A stretch of DNA of 64,000 nt from Candidatus Helarchaeota archaeon (GTDB taxonomy: Archaea; Asgardarchaeota; Lokiarchaeia; Helarchaeales; RDOG01): positions 41,669 to 105,668 of the forward strand of contig JAHPZH010000003.1 of NCBI GenBank assembly GCA_019058315.1. Reading direction: 5' to 3'. The notes under the pieces were generated by a model that had not been told where the DNA came from, ran no database searches, and saw only the letters and a list, made by a program, of their open reading frames with translations. Position numbers and translations under genes: made by a program. Below, piece by piece: positions 49,868 through 58,105 of this stretch. Numbering within the stretch: the stretch's first letter is position 1; each line of letters begins with the position of its first letter.

Positions 49868-50242
49868 TTGACAAAAGTGATTATAATCATAACAGATCCG
49901 CCTTATGGGGTAGAGAATGCTTATGGATTCTTGGCGGCTGCAGGAGCTTTAGCCACTATTCATGACACAAGTGTCATTTTTTCAGAAGCAGGAGTACTAA
50001 ATTCTCTTAAAAATCAAGATACTTCAGATTTCATTGAACTGGATAAAAAATATTTGGATATACCATCTCATGAATCAAAAATAAAGGAATTCAAAGAATT
50101 AGATATCCGATTTTTTGTTCATAAGGAGGCTTTAGATATACGAGGAATAAAAGATGGTGATATTATAGAAGATATAGAGAAACTATCAATCGATCAGATA
50201 ACGGACAAAATACTTGACAGTGATCAGGTGCTAATTATATAA
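49868..50242 (+). CDS. DsrF/TusC-like protein
   Basis: PPYG, FSEAGV, ALDIRGI; no Cys. Confidence 0.75.
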   Translation: MTKVIIIITDPPYGVENAYGFLAAAGALATIHDTSVIFSEAGVLNSLKNQDTSDFIELDKKYLDIPSHESKIKEFKELDIRFFVHKEALDIRGIKDGDIIEDIEKLSIDQITDKILDSDQVLII

Positions 50243-50263
50243 TTTTTTTACTAGTTGATAAAA

Positions 50264-50506
50264 ATGGTAACAAAGAACTTAGAAGTAAGTCTAATTATTG
50301 ATTCTCAAGGAAAAATTTGCCCCTATCCCCTAATTGAAGTAAAAAAAGCAATAAAGAAGTTATCATCTGGTGAAATATTAAAATTAATTACAACAGATCC
50401 TATATGTCCTGATAATGTTGATTCATGGTGTGAAACTACTGGAAATACTTTGATTCGAGTCGATAATCACGGAGATAAAATTGATATTTACGTAAAAAAA
50501 GGTTGA
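50264..50506 (+). CDS. tusA: Sulfur carrier TusA family
   Basis: IDSQGKICPYP, TTDP, WCETTGN. Confidence 0.9.
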   Translation: MVTKNLEVSLIIDSQGKICPYPLIEVKKAIKKLSSGEILKLITTDPICPDNVDSWCETTGNTLIRVDNHGDKIDIYVKKG

Positions 50507-50558
50507 TAGATTGTTGTGATTTTTCATTATAAGCTATTTTGAATTTTGAGCGAATTTT

Positions 50559-51677
50559 ATGCTATTAGATTATACAAAGTTAAAATTAAATTTATTAATT
50601 GATGGAGTTAATCCTGAAAATGAAAATTTAATAGGTAGAATGAGTGGTGCAGGGCCTACTGGAGGAAGATATTTTTTATTAGAAAATGGTTCATGTGTTA
50701 ATATTCCACTTTGGACGAAAAATTCAAAATATTCTAGGTTTTGGATAAAAAAATTTGATGATCAAAATAACTTATTTCAATTATTCGATGATAAGAAATT
50801 AATTACAACACTAAAATTAATTCCTAGACCTAAATTTTATGATTTAAACACTTCAGATAATATTAAAATGAGTAAAATTGCTATGTTACATGGAGAAAAT
50901 TGTCTTGCATCAACTATTTATCAAAAATGTATCTATTGGTCACAAGGAAAAGCTTGTGAATTTTGTGGAATTGAATTAAGTCTAAGGTCAAATTCAACTA
51001 TACTAGAGAAAACAGCTAAACAATTGTCCGAAGTTTTGGATAAAAGTATAAAGGAGGGAGTTTGTGAACATATGACTCTTACTACAGGGACTCCCAATAC
51101 TTCCGATAAGGGTGCAAAAAAATTCATGCCCATTTTGAAAGAATTAAAAAGGAAGTTTTCTGTTCCTATCCATATCCAACTTGAACCTCCAGAGAATCAG
51201 ATAATTATAGAAGATTTATATTCATCTGGAGCAGATACAATTGGAATTCATGCTGAAACTTTAGATCCTTTAATATTTCATAAAATCTGTCCAGGAAAAT
51301 CAGAAATTGGACTAAAAAAGTTTAAAGAAATATGGAATTACTCAGTAGAGATATTTGGTAAAGAACAAGTCAGTTCATATCTTTTATTGGGATTAGGTGA
51401 ATCTTTGGAATCACTTCAAAAAGGTGCACACTATCTTATAGAGCATGATGTGATTCCATATATTGTGCCAGTCCGTTCTATTTTAGAAACAAATTTCGAA
51501 AATGTTCAACAAAAAAATTTTCAACAAATATATAATCTATATAAAGATGTAAATAATCACTTAAAAAAGCATAATCTGGACCCTCGGCAAAATAAAGCAG
51601 GTTGTGTACGTTGTGGTGCATGTAGCATAATTACAGATTTTTACAACATAAAAATAGAATCGAAAAATGAAAATTAA
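50559..51677 (+). CDS. Radical SAM protein, MSMEG_0568/NitD-like (related to LipS1-type sulfur-insertion enzymes)
   Basis: GAGP, LHG, Cx8CxxC (CIYWSQGKACEFC), LTTGT, EPP, CPGK, QVSSY, C-terminal AGCVRCGACS. Confidence 0.82.
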   Translation: MLLDYTKLKLNLLIDGVNPENENLIGRMSGAGPTGGRYFLLENGSCVNIPLWTKNSKYSRFWIKKFDDQNNLFQLFDDKKLITTLKLIPRPKFYDLNTSDNIKMSKIAMLHGENCLASTIYQKCIYWSQGKACEFCGIELSLRSNSTILEKTAKQLSEVLDKSIKEGVCEHMTLTTGTPNTSDKGAKKFMPILKELKRKFSVPIHIQLEPPENQIIIEDLYSSGADTIGIHAETLDPLIFHKICPGKSEIGLKKFKEIWNYSVEIFGKEQVSSYLLLGLGESLESLQKGAHYLIEHDVIPYIVPVRSILETNFENVQQKNFQQIYNLYKDVNNHLKKHNLDPRQNKAGCVRCGACSIITDFYNIKIESKNEN

Positions 51678-51753
51678 ATCTAATTTTTCTCTCAAACTTT
51701 ATTTGTTCATTTAAAAAAAAATCAAAATCTTTATAACAAAAGATAATAATTAA

Positions 51754-51768
51754 TATTACAGTGTAATA
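51754..51768. promoter_or_regulatory. Operator TATTACAGTGTAATA (perfect palindrome)
   Basis: Downstream of a tttata box at ~51730; upstream of 51781. Confidence 0.8.
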
Positions 51769-51780
51769 ATCATTTTTAAC

Positions 51781-52320
51781 TTGGTGTTTTTTATTATAAG
51801 GAATATTTTTATTATAAGGAATGGTGTTCTCTTATTAGATCGGAATTTTGGAGAATGTCAGTCGTTTAATGGAAGTTTTTCTTTATTTTCTGGATTTGTT
51901 AGCGCGCTTGAGACTTTTACAGGTGAAATTACAAAATCTGCTTTAAAATCAATAAATTTCGAGGATTTTAAAATCAATTTTTACAGAGATCTTAATAAAT
52001 TAGACCTACTTTATGTTCTTATAACAGATCTGGATGATAATTATGATCAAATTCAACATAAATTAAAAAAAATTTCTAGACTATTTTTAGAAAAACATCA
52101 AGATATTCTTACGAATTTTGATGGAAATATAAACCAATTCAATAAATTTGGAGATATATTAATTGATATGGAAATAGCTCAAAAAAATTGTGGTGGTCAT
52201 CCAGAATGTTATGAGTGCCAAAATCGAAATAACAACAGTAAAATATTTATGGCCTATAAAAAAGATACTATTGGATTCAAAAATCAAATTAATTCATTAA
52301 TTGAAGAATCCACAGAATAA
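51781..52320 (+). CDS. Asgard-type longin-like protein with C-terminal CGGHPECYEC motif
   Basis: NIFIIRNGVLL...LFSGFVSALETFTGEI...LKSINFED...FDG pattern. Confidence 0.6.
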   Translation: MVFFIIRNIFIIRNGVLLLDRNFGECQSFNGSFSLFSGFVSALETFTGEITKSALKSINFEDFKINFYRDLNKLDLLYVLITDLDDNYDQIQHKLKKISRLFLEKHQDILTNFDGNINQFNKFGDILIDMEIAQKNCGGHPECYECQNRNNNSKIFMAYKKDTIGFKNQINSLIEESTE

Positions 52321-52327
52321 AATTATT

Positions 52328-53464
52328 TTATAATAAGCTAATTTCAAAAATTACTCTTGCATATTCATATTTTGAATTTAATAAATTAAGAACTCTACTT
52401 ATAAACTTATATAGATTTTTAGAATATTGAAGTTTTTTGCGCTCATGAATAACCAAATTTTCGTAAATTCTTTCTCTTGTAGCATCAGGTTCATAATTAT
52501 GATCATCTAACCAATGGGAGGAGACTTTACAAACCTTTATAACATCTTCATCTGGAAATAATTTTCTATCTTTAAATGTGTCTTTATAAGTATTTATGGA
52601 TACACCCACCCTCTTTATGTAATAAGCGATTCCATGGGCATATCTACATAAACTTATAATATTTGAAGTCACTCTTGGATCTCTCATATTTGCACACTCT
52701 AGAATAGCAGCCCATGGGCTATTTGGATCCTCACTTTCTGGTATATTGTTAACTATTGCGATATTTATTATATCACTGAGATCAACATCAAAACCTCTTT
52801 TTAATTTCTTTTTAATTATATTTTTAAGATTTGATCCCTCCAAATACCCACCTGACCCAAAATTAAGACTTTGGAGGAGGTCATTAGACGCTATAAGTAT
52901 TGTAGACTTCCTTTTATTAGTCCATAGATCTTTCCATGTGACTTTCTTTTCCCATTCTCTTGTTATTTTATTTTTTTTCCAGCCAGTTTTCTTTAAGACA
53001 TATTCTAATAAAGTAGGACTTGGAAACCAAAAATCTATATCATCAGTTGATCTCTTTCGTCTCCAATCTCTTGTAGTTATATCCTCTAAATATAATCTAA
53101 TAGCACCTCTCAAAAAATTAAGTTGATTATTATCTTTTAATAATTCGGCAGCAATTCGGTGAAATTTATTAGCTGGAACCTCGGAAATTTCTTTAATTTT
53201 GTTTAAAATAATTTTTGCTTCATTAGCAGCAATATCAACAGGTACATTACCATCTGATGGATATTCTCTTGAACCTCCCTCTAGGAATTTTTGAAATAAT
53301 TCAAAGTCATCCTCGGGTATAACATATTTTGGATTATCGAATATTTCACTGGTAAAAACATAATGTGTATAGCCAAATTCATCATCATATTGTTTAATAA
53401 AATCGATAGTTCTTAGATTATCATTATAATCTACTGCGTTAGATTTATAACTCCAAACTTGCAT
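52328..53464 (-). CRISPR. Not a CRISPR feature; placeholder type corrected by the CDS entry with the same coordinates
   Basis: No repeat-spacer structure; region is protein coding. Confidence 0.
52328..53464 (-). CDS. Hypothetical protein, possible nucleotidyltransferase fold
   Basis: 378-aa ORF; FLRGAIRLYL...RSTDDIDFW resembles the R-x-T-x-D-I-D NTase motif. Confidence 0.6.
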   Translation of the reverse strand: MQVWSYKSNAVDYNDNLRTIDFIKQYDDEFGYTHYVFTSEIFDNPKYVIPEDDFELFQKFLEGGSREYPSDGNVPVDIAANEAKIILNKIKEISEVPANKFHRIAAELLKDNNQLNFLRGAIRLYLEDITTRDWRRKRSTDDIDFWFPSPTLLEYVLKKTGWKKNKITREWEKKVTWKDLWTNKRKSTILIASNDLLQSLNFGSGGYLEGSNLKNIIKKKLKRGFDVDLSDIINIAIVNNIPESEDPNSPWAAILECANMRDPRVTSNIISLCRYAHGIAYYIKRVGVSINTYKDTFKDRKLFPDEDVIKVCKVSSHWLDDHNYEPDATRERIYENLVIHERKKLQYSKNLYKFISRVLNLLNSKYEYARVIFEISLL

Positions 53465-53540
53465 TTTAGTTTCTTTTCCCCAAATATCAGGGTCTTATGT
53501 ATTATCTTTAGGATTTAATAGAAAAAAAAATTTAAAAACT

Positions 53541-54827
53541 TTATTTGATAAAATATGCATATTCGATTAATCTGTTAATTTTTCTAAATGATTTTTTATC
53601 TAATTTATTTTTTAGAGACTCCAATAATCTACGTCGAAATTCTATGCCTAAATGTGCAATTTCATCTCCAGGTTCTAAAAGACCTTCCAGGAGGGGCTGA
53701 ATATTTTTAGTATATTCTTCACTAAGTTCTTTATCTTGAAGAATAAGAGCCATTGTATCAATTAACAAATCCATAAATCCACTATGATATACCAGATGAT
53801 GCATTTTTTGGGAATTTTGGATTATTTCAAAGATTCTACTACATTTTCTTTGGTATTTTAATAAAAATGAAGCTGTATAATCAGATTTCTTCTTTGCTTT
53901 AATTAATGTTTCCGCAGCAAGTCTACCACTCATACGTGCATGCCAAATACCTTCATATGTAAAACGGTCAATAAATCCAGCCGCATCTCCAACTAGAATT
54001 ACTTTATTCCCGTATATATGTTCAAGAATACGATCAGGAATTGGTGCAGCCCATATATGCTTTCCTTCGAACTCAATCGGTTTAGCGCCTTCAAGTTTGG
54101 GACGAATGATTGGATGGTGCTTTAAAACTTCTTGAAAGTGTTTGATATCAACATTTTTATTGCACATTCCTACAGATACACCCTCTTTTTTAGTAAAAAT
54201 CCAAGTATATCCATGAGAAGCAATTTGTGAATTAAAGAATAATTCATATACTCCACCACCAAATCTTTCTTCTACTACATGACTGGGTAAATAATATTCA
54301 GCCTGAATCGCTTGTTCAATTTCTAATGGTCGATCAATTTTTAATTTTCGATGTAATTTATTACCATGGACTCCTGTTGCAATAACAATTGCGTCCCCCT
54401 TTATCCGCTTTATATGTGAATTTGATTTTACTTCAACCTCAACGAAATCCTTGTGACATGAAATATTAAATACCTCAGAATTAGTTTCAATTATCGCTCC
54501 ACTTCTTATCGCTTTTTCTCTCAAATAACAATCTAATCGATTTCGGTATGTAAGTTGCCCAATTTTTGTTGAATTATTATCACTTTTTAAATCTACAAAT
54601 TCAGTAGGACCATGTAATATTAAATGATCAACGTCCCTTTCAATAATTTCCGGAGGTAACGAGCCGAAATCTAATTCGTTATGCCACATTAAACCCCCAG
54701 CACATGCTTTATATCGATTATTATCACCTTTTTCAAATAAAATGACATCCACACCATTTTTAGCTAAAAATTCTGCACAAGTTGCTCCTCCAGGTCCCCC
54801 ACCAGCTATAATTACATCATATTTCAT
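53541..54827 (-). CDS. Geranylgeranyl reductase-family FAD oxidoreductase
   Basis: GGGPGG, KACAGG, GYTWIF, LVGDAAG, TYEGI. Confidence 0.9.
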   Translation of the reverse strand: MKYDVIIAGGGPGGATCAEFLAKNGVDVILFEKGDNNRYKACAGGLMWHNELDFGSLPPEIIERDVDHLILHGPTEFVDLKSDNNSTKIGQLTYRNRLDCYLREKAIRSGAIIETNSEVFNISCHKDFVEVEVKSNSHIKRIKGDAIVIATGVHGNKLHRKLKIDRPLEIEQAIQAEYYLPSHVVEERFGGGVYELFFNSQIASHGYTWIFTKKEGVSVGMCNKNVDIKHFQEVLKHHPIIRPKLEGAKPIEFEGKHIWAAPIPDRILEHIYGNKVILVGDAAGFIDRFTYEGIWHARMSGRLAAETLIKAKKKSDYTASFLLKYQRKCSRIFEIIQNSQKMHHLVYHSGFMDLLIDTMALILQDKELSEEYTKNIQPLLEGLLEPGDEIAHLGIEFRRRLLESLKNKLDKKSFRKINRLIEYAYFIK

Positions 54828-54839
54828 AAATAAACCTCA

Positions 54840-54881
54840 TATTACATTGTTATATTTACATTGTTATATGACAATGTTATT
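54840..54881. promoter_or_regulatory. Triple tandem operator (54840-54854, 54854-54868, 54867-54881)
   Basis: tattacattgttata / atttacattgttata / tatgacaatgttatt, filling the gap between gaaaa-tacttatata (minus strand) and the RBS of 54827. Confidence 0.9.
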
Positions 54882-55024
54882 ATATAAGTATTTTCTTTAT
54901 TGTAACAAATCAGAAAATTAGGGAAAAGTTGCTCTTTGCTTTTTATTGTTAATTATTTGAATTATTGATAGATACTGAAATCTCATTAATATGATGCAAT
55001 ATTTTATATATGATAAAGTATTAT

Positions 55025-55047
55025 ATATTATAACACTGTTATAATAT
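55025..55047. promoter_or_regulatory. Extended perfect operator ATATTATAACACTGTTATAATAT
   Basis: 11-bp arms around a central C; follows the aaagtattatata TATA-like element on the plus strand. Confidence 0.85.
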
Positions 55048-55078
55048 TAAAGAAAAATAAAAATAAGGATTGATTAAA

Positions 55079-55198
55079 ATGATGGCTACACTTGAAAATG
55101 TTGTTTATGCATACACTCTTTTAGATTCGGATTATAAGGAAATAAATATAATTTTGGAATTCATTGAATTCATATTCAATTTAAATAATTTTTTTTAA
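55079..55198 (+). CDS. Putative 39-aa small protein MMATLENVVYAYTLLDSDYKEINIILEFIEFIFNLNNFF
   Basis: Not in the ORF track; TATA-like element, operator and aagga RBS upstream. Confidence 0.4.
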   Translation: MMATLENVVYAYTLLDSDYKEINIILEFIEFIFNLNNFF

Positions 55199-55219
55199 TT
55201 TAATTATTTTTGGAATCCT

Positions 55220-55408
55220 CTAATCCACAACTATAGAAATTGCTTTTTTCGGACATTTTTCTACACAAAGAAAACAATGAACACAATTTTCTTTACGAAT
55301 ACGTTCCACTTTTTTTGTTTTTTCATTCAACTTATAGACCGATCTAAGACAAAAATCTTCACATAGACCACAACCATTACATTTTTCTGGATCAACTTTT
55401 ATCTTCAT
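55220..55408 (-). CDS. 2[4Fe-4S] ferredoxin
   Basis: CNGCGLCEDFC and CVHCFLCVEKCP. Confidence 0.9.
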   Translation of the reverse strand: MKIKVDPEKCNGCGLCEDFCLRSVYKLNEKTKKVERIRKENCVHCFLCVEKCPKKAISIVVD

Positions 55409-55552
55409 ATTATAACCTTAGAATGGTTGAATACGAATAGATTTTTATCCCATTTGACAATTTTTAATCCTTTTTTATGAATTTTAAACAAAATAATTAA
55501 ATTTATTTTCTATTTTAATTAATAAAAAAAGTATTTTTAAGGAGGACTTTTA

Positions 55553-55990
55553 ATGACAGATGAATTTAAAACTAAGGTTAAACTACAATTAGAGAAAGAT
55601 ATGATCTTTAAATGTGATATGGGAGATTTAAAAGTTGAAGAATGTTATATAGATGAGACAAACGCAGATCAAGTTGAAATGTGGGGTCCAAATCCTACAA
55701 TGTTATTAGCCTCTGCTGTATTAGGTTGTTTAAGTGCAAGTTTTGTATTTTGTTTAAAGAAAAAGAATTTAATATTGGATGATTTAAAAGCGGAAGCTGA
55801 GCTCATTGGTGGTAGGAATGAAAAAGGATTTTTAAGAGTTAAGGAAATTAATGTAAAATTAAATCCTAAAACAGACAATGAAGAAGTAAGAAAAAGAATG
55901 CAAACATGTCTTAAAATTTTTGAACAATTTTGTACGGTTACACAATCTGTAAGAAACGGAATTAAAGTTAACGTAGATGTAAATTTATAA
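55553..55990 (+). CDS. OsmC/Ohr family protein
   Basis: GPNP..LLASAVLGCL and FEQFCTVTQS; aggagg RBS. Confidence 0.88.
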   Translation: MTDEFKTKVKLQLEKDMIFKCDMGDLKVEECYIDETNADQVEMWGPNPTMLLASAVLGCLSASFVFCLKKKNLILDDLKAEAELIGGRNEKGFLRVKEINVKLNPKTDNEEVRKRMQTCLKIFEQFCTVTQSVRNGIKVNVDVNL

Positions 55991-56075
55991 ATAATAAAAT
56001 TAAACCATTTTTTTTACCAAAACAAATTTCACTTAAAAAATTAGAAAAATAAGTAGTTATAAATATTAATTTCAT

Positions 56076-56192
56076 CTACGAAATAAGTGTCATCGGTTGG
56101 CCACAACAGACTAATTCTCCAGCCCCAGCTTCTTTAACTTCGACTACATTACCACAGACTTCGCATTTATAAATTTCTCCAACATTTGTCAT
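56076..56192 (-). CDS. Stand-alone desulforedoxin (Fe-S4 domain), 38 aa
   Basis: [38 protein letters not shown]; aggttga RBS; missing from the ORF track. Confidence 0.92.
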   Translation of the reverse strand: MTNVGEIYKCEVCGNVVEVKEAGAGELVCCGQPMTLIS

Positions 56193-56252
56193 TATAATTC
56201 AACCTATAGAATTTTGGTTAATAATTCATAGAAAATTTAAATAAATAATTTA

Positions 56253-57206
56253 TTATTTTTTAAGAGATCTAATCATTTCCTTAATCATTTTAATCATTCT
56301 TTCTTTTTCCATAAACTTATTTGTCCATTCATGAATCTCATCTCCAAGAGCATCATATCCATGAAAAGCTCCCATGATACCACCTGCAATGCACCCTGTA
56401 GAGTCACTATCTCCATCATGATTGACAGATAAAATTAACATTTTTTTAAAGTCTGCACTTTTTGGGAATTTCATACAACAATAAAGGGCAATTCCCACAG
56501 CTTCCTCACCAACCCATCCCCTTCCAATACTTTTAATAGCTTCTTCCGTATTTTGATTTTTCAAAACTTTAACTGCTGTATTAATTGCATTACAAAACTC
56601 TGTTCTTCCAGGTTCAGGGACATTATCTACAAAATTTTTTACTTTTTCTGGCCAAAGTTTTATATCAGTTTTATTAACTGCTAGTCTTACTAAATATGCA
56701 GCACCTACAGCTGCAGCTATAGCAGTTGGGTGAGCATGAGTTATTATTGAAGAGTTATATGCCACTTTATATAATTTATCAAGATCCGAGAAATATAATC
56801 CTATGGGAGCTACACGCATAGCAGACCCACATCCCTTACTATTCTTAATACCCGATTCCCACCATTTTTTATTCGGATCATTTTTATATTTAAATACTCC
56901 CATCCTACAGGTGTTACCGGGTGCATATCCAGGATTATCTAACCAATTTATAAATTCATCAGCAATTTGAGTTGATATTTCTTCCACGCTAAGATGATGG
57001 TTCTTAATCAGAGCTCTTGCCACTGCAAATGTCATTTCTGTATCATCTGTCCAAATAGCATTCCTTGGTATTTTTGTAATCCCCTTAGGACCATAGAATT
57101 CTCTTATTTGTATTAATTGTTTGAATTCAATAGGTTTACCTAACGCATCGCCTAAAGCAAGTCCCCACATAGATCCTCTTATAAAATCGGAAATATTATT
57201 CATCAT
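56253..57206 (-). CDS. ADP-ribosylglycohydrolase (DraG/ARH family)
   Basis: GDALG, WTDDTEM, GCGSAMR, THAHP, GDSDSTG. Confidence 0.93.
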   Translation of the reverse strand: MMNNISDFIRGSMWGLALGDALGKPIEFKQLIQIREFYGPKGITKIPRNAIWTDDTEMTFAVARALIKNHHLSVEEISTQIADEFINWLDNPGYAPGNTCRMGVFKYKNDPNKKWWESGIKNSKGCGSAMRVAPIGLYFSDLDKLYKVAYNSSIITHAHPTAIAAAVGAAYLVRLAVNKTDIKLWPEKVKNFVDNVPEPGRTEFCNAINTAVKVLKNQNTEEAIKSIGRGWVGEEAVGIALYCCMKFPKSADFKKMLILSVNHDGDSDSTGCIAGGIMGAFHGYDALGDEIHEWTNKFMEKERMIKMIKEMIRSLKK

Positions 57207-57226
57207 TATAACTCTTTAATAACAAT

Positions 57227-57412
57227 TCAATTATCACGCATATATGGTTCTATAATCATCGATATACCAGCTATAATACATCCTATAGCAAAACCCCACC
57301 ATATAAAAACCATAAGTTCTTCTGAAGGTATTAAGAACCAAATAACGATTAATATACCAAGAATCAACCAAATAAAGCCCGTAATTATCTGTAATCGTGC
57401 GGAATTGTTCAT
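57227..57412 (-). CDS. Small two-TM membrane protein
   Basis: Two hydrophobic helices, 61 aa. Confidence 0.55.
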   Translation of the reverse strand: MNNSARLQIITGFIWLILGILIVIWFLIPSEELMVFIWWGFAIGCIIAGISMIIEPYMRDN

Positions 57413-57483
57413 AAAACAAAATTTGTACCATTTTATTTAATTATATCTGTATTTTTAAATAAGTTCTTTCTTCTAATATAAAC

Positions 57484-58095
57484 ATGAAGAACTTTACTGT
57501 TTTAGGTATTTCTGGTAGTCCACGTATTGCAGCAACAGATTATGTTATAAATTATGCATTAGATCTGATTAAAGAAAAGGAAAATGCAGAGATTCTTTAT
57601 TTTTCTGTTGCAAAAAAGAAAATTAATTTCTGTATTCACTGTGATTACTGTGTAGAAAATAAAAGAGGATGCATACATAAGGACGATATACAAGATCTTT
57701 ATCCATTAATGGAAAAAGCAGACGCTTGGATTATTGGGACTCCAATATACCAAGGATCTGTTTCGGCACAAATAAAAGCAATTTTAGATCGTTGTAGAGC
57801 ACCTGTGGCTAAGAATCTAAAGGTCTTTGAAAATAAAGTTGGAGCTGCAATTGGAATAGGTGGTGACCGCTTAGGAGGTCAAGAAATTGCGATTCAAACA
57901 ATTTTAAACTTTTATATCATAAATGAAATGATACCAGTAGGTGGTGGTTCATTTGGAGCCAATTTGGGAGGAACTATTTGGTCTAAAGATAAAATGGCTC
58001 AAGGTGCTGCAGAAGATGAAGAGGGGAAAAGAAGTGTACGAAAAATGGTTAAAAGATTAGTTAGTACTATAAAAATGATTAAAAAAATTGAGTAG
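57484..58095 (+). CDS. Iron-sulfur flavoprotein (Isf/WrbA-like flavodoxin family)
   Basis: SGSPR, CIHCDYC....C, GTPIY, GGQE. Confidence 0.9.
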   Translation: MKNFTVLGISGSPRIAATDYVINYALDLIKEKENAEILYFSVAKKKINFCIHCDYCVENKRGCIHKDDIQDLYPLMEKADAWIIGTPIYQGSVSAQIKAILDRCRAPVAKNLKVFENKVGAAIGIGGDRLGGQEIAIQTILNFYIINEMIPVGGGSFGANLGGTIWSKDKMAQGAAEDEEGKRSVRKMVKRLVSTIKMIKKIE

Positions 58096-58105
58096 AGGAA
58101 TTTAT

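Noticed and set aside
52328-53464. CRISPR-typed entry at these coordinates
   Set aside because: No repeats or spacers; the region is a single protein-coding ORF, so that entry has zero confidence and should be ignored
10680-55047. The operator being the Thermococcales SurR box
   Set aside because: SurR binds GTTn3AAC, whereas this motif has the opposite order (AACn3GTT-like), and no ArsR-type SurR is in the window
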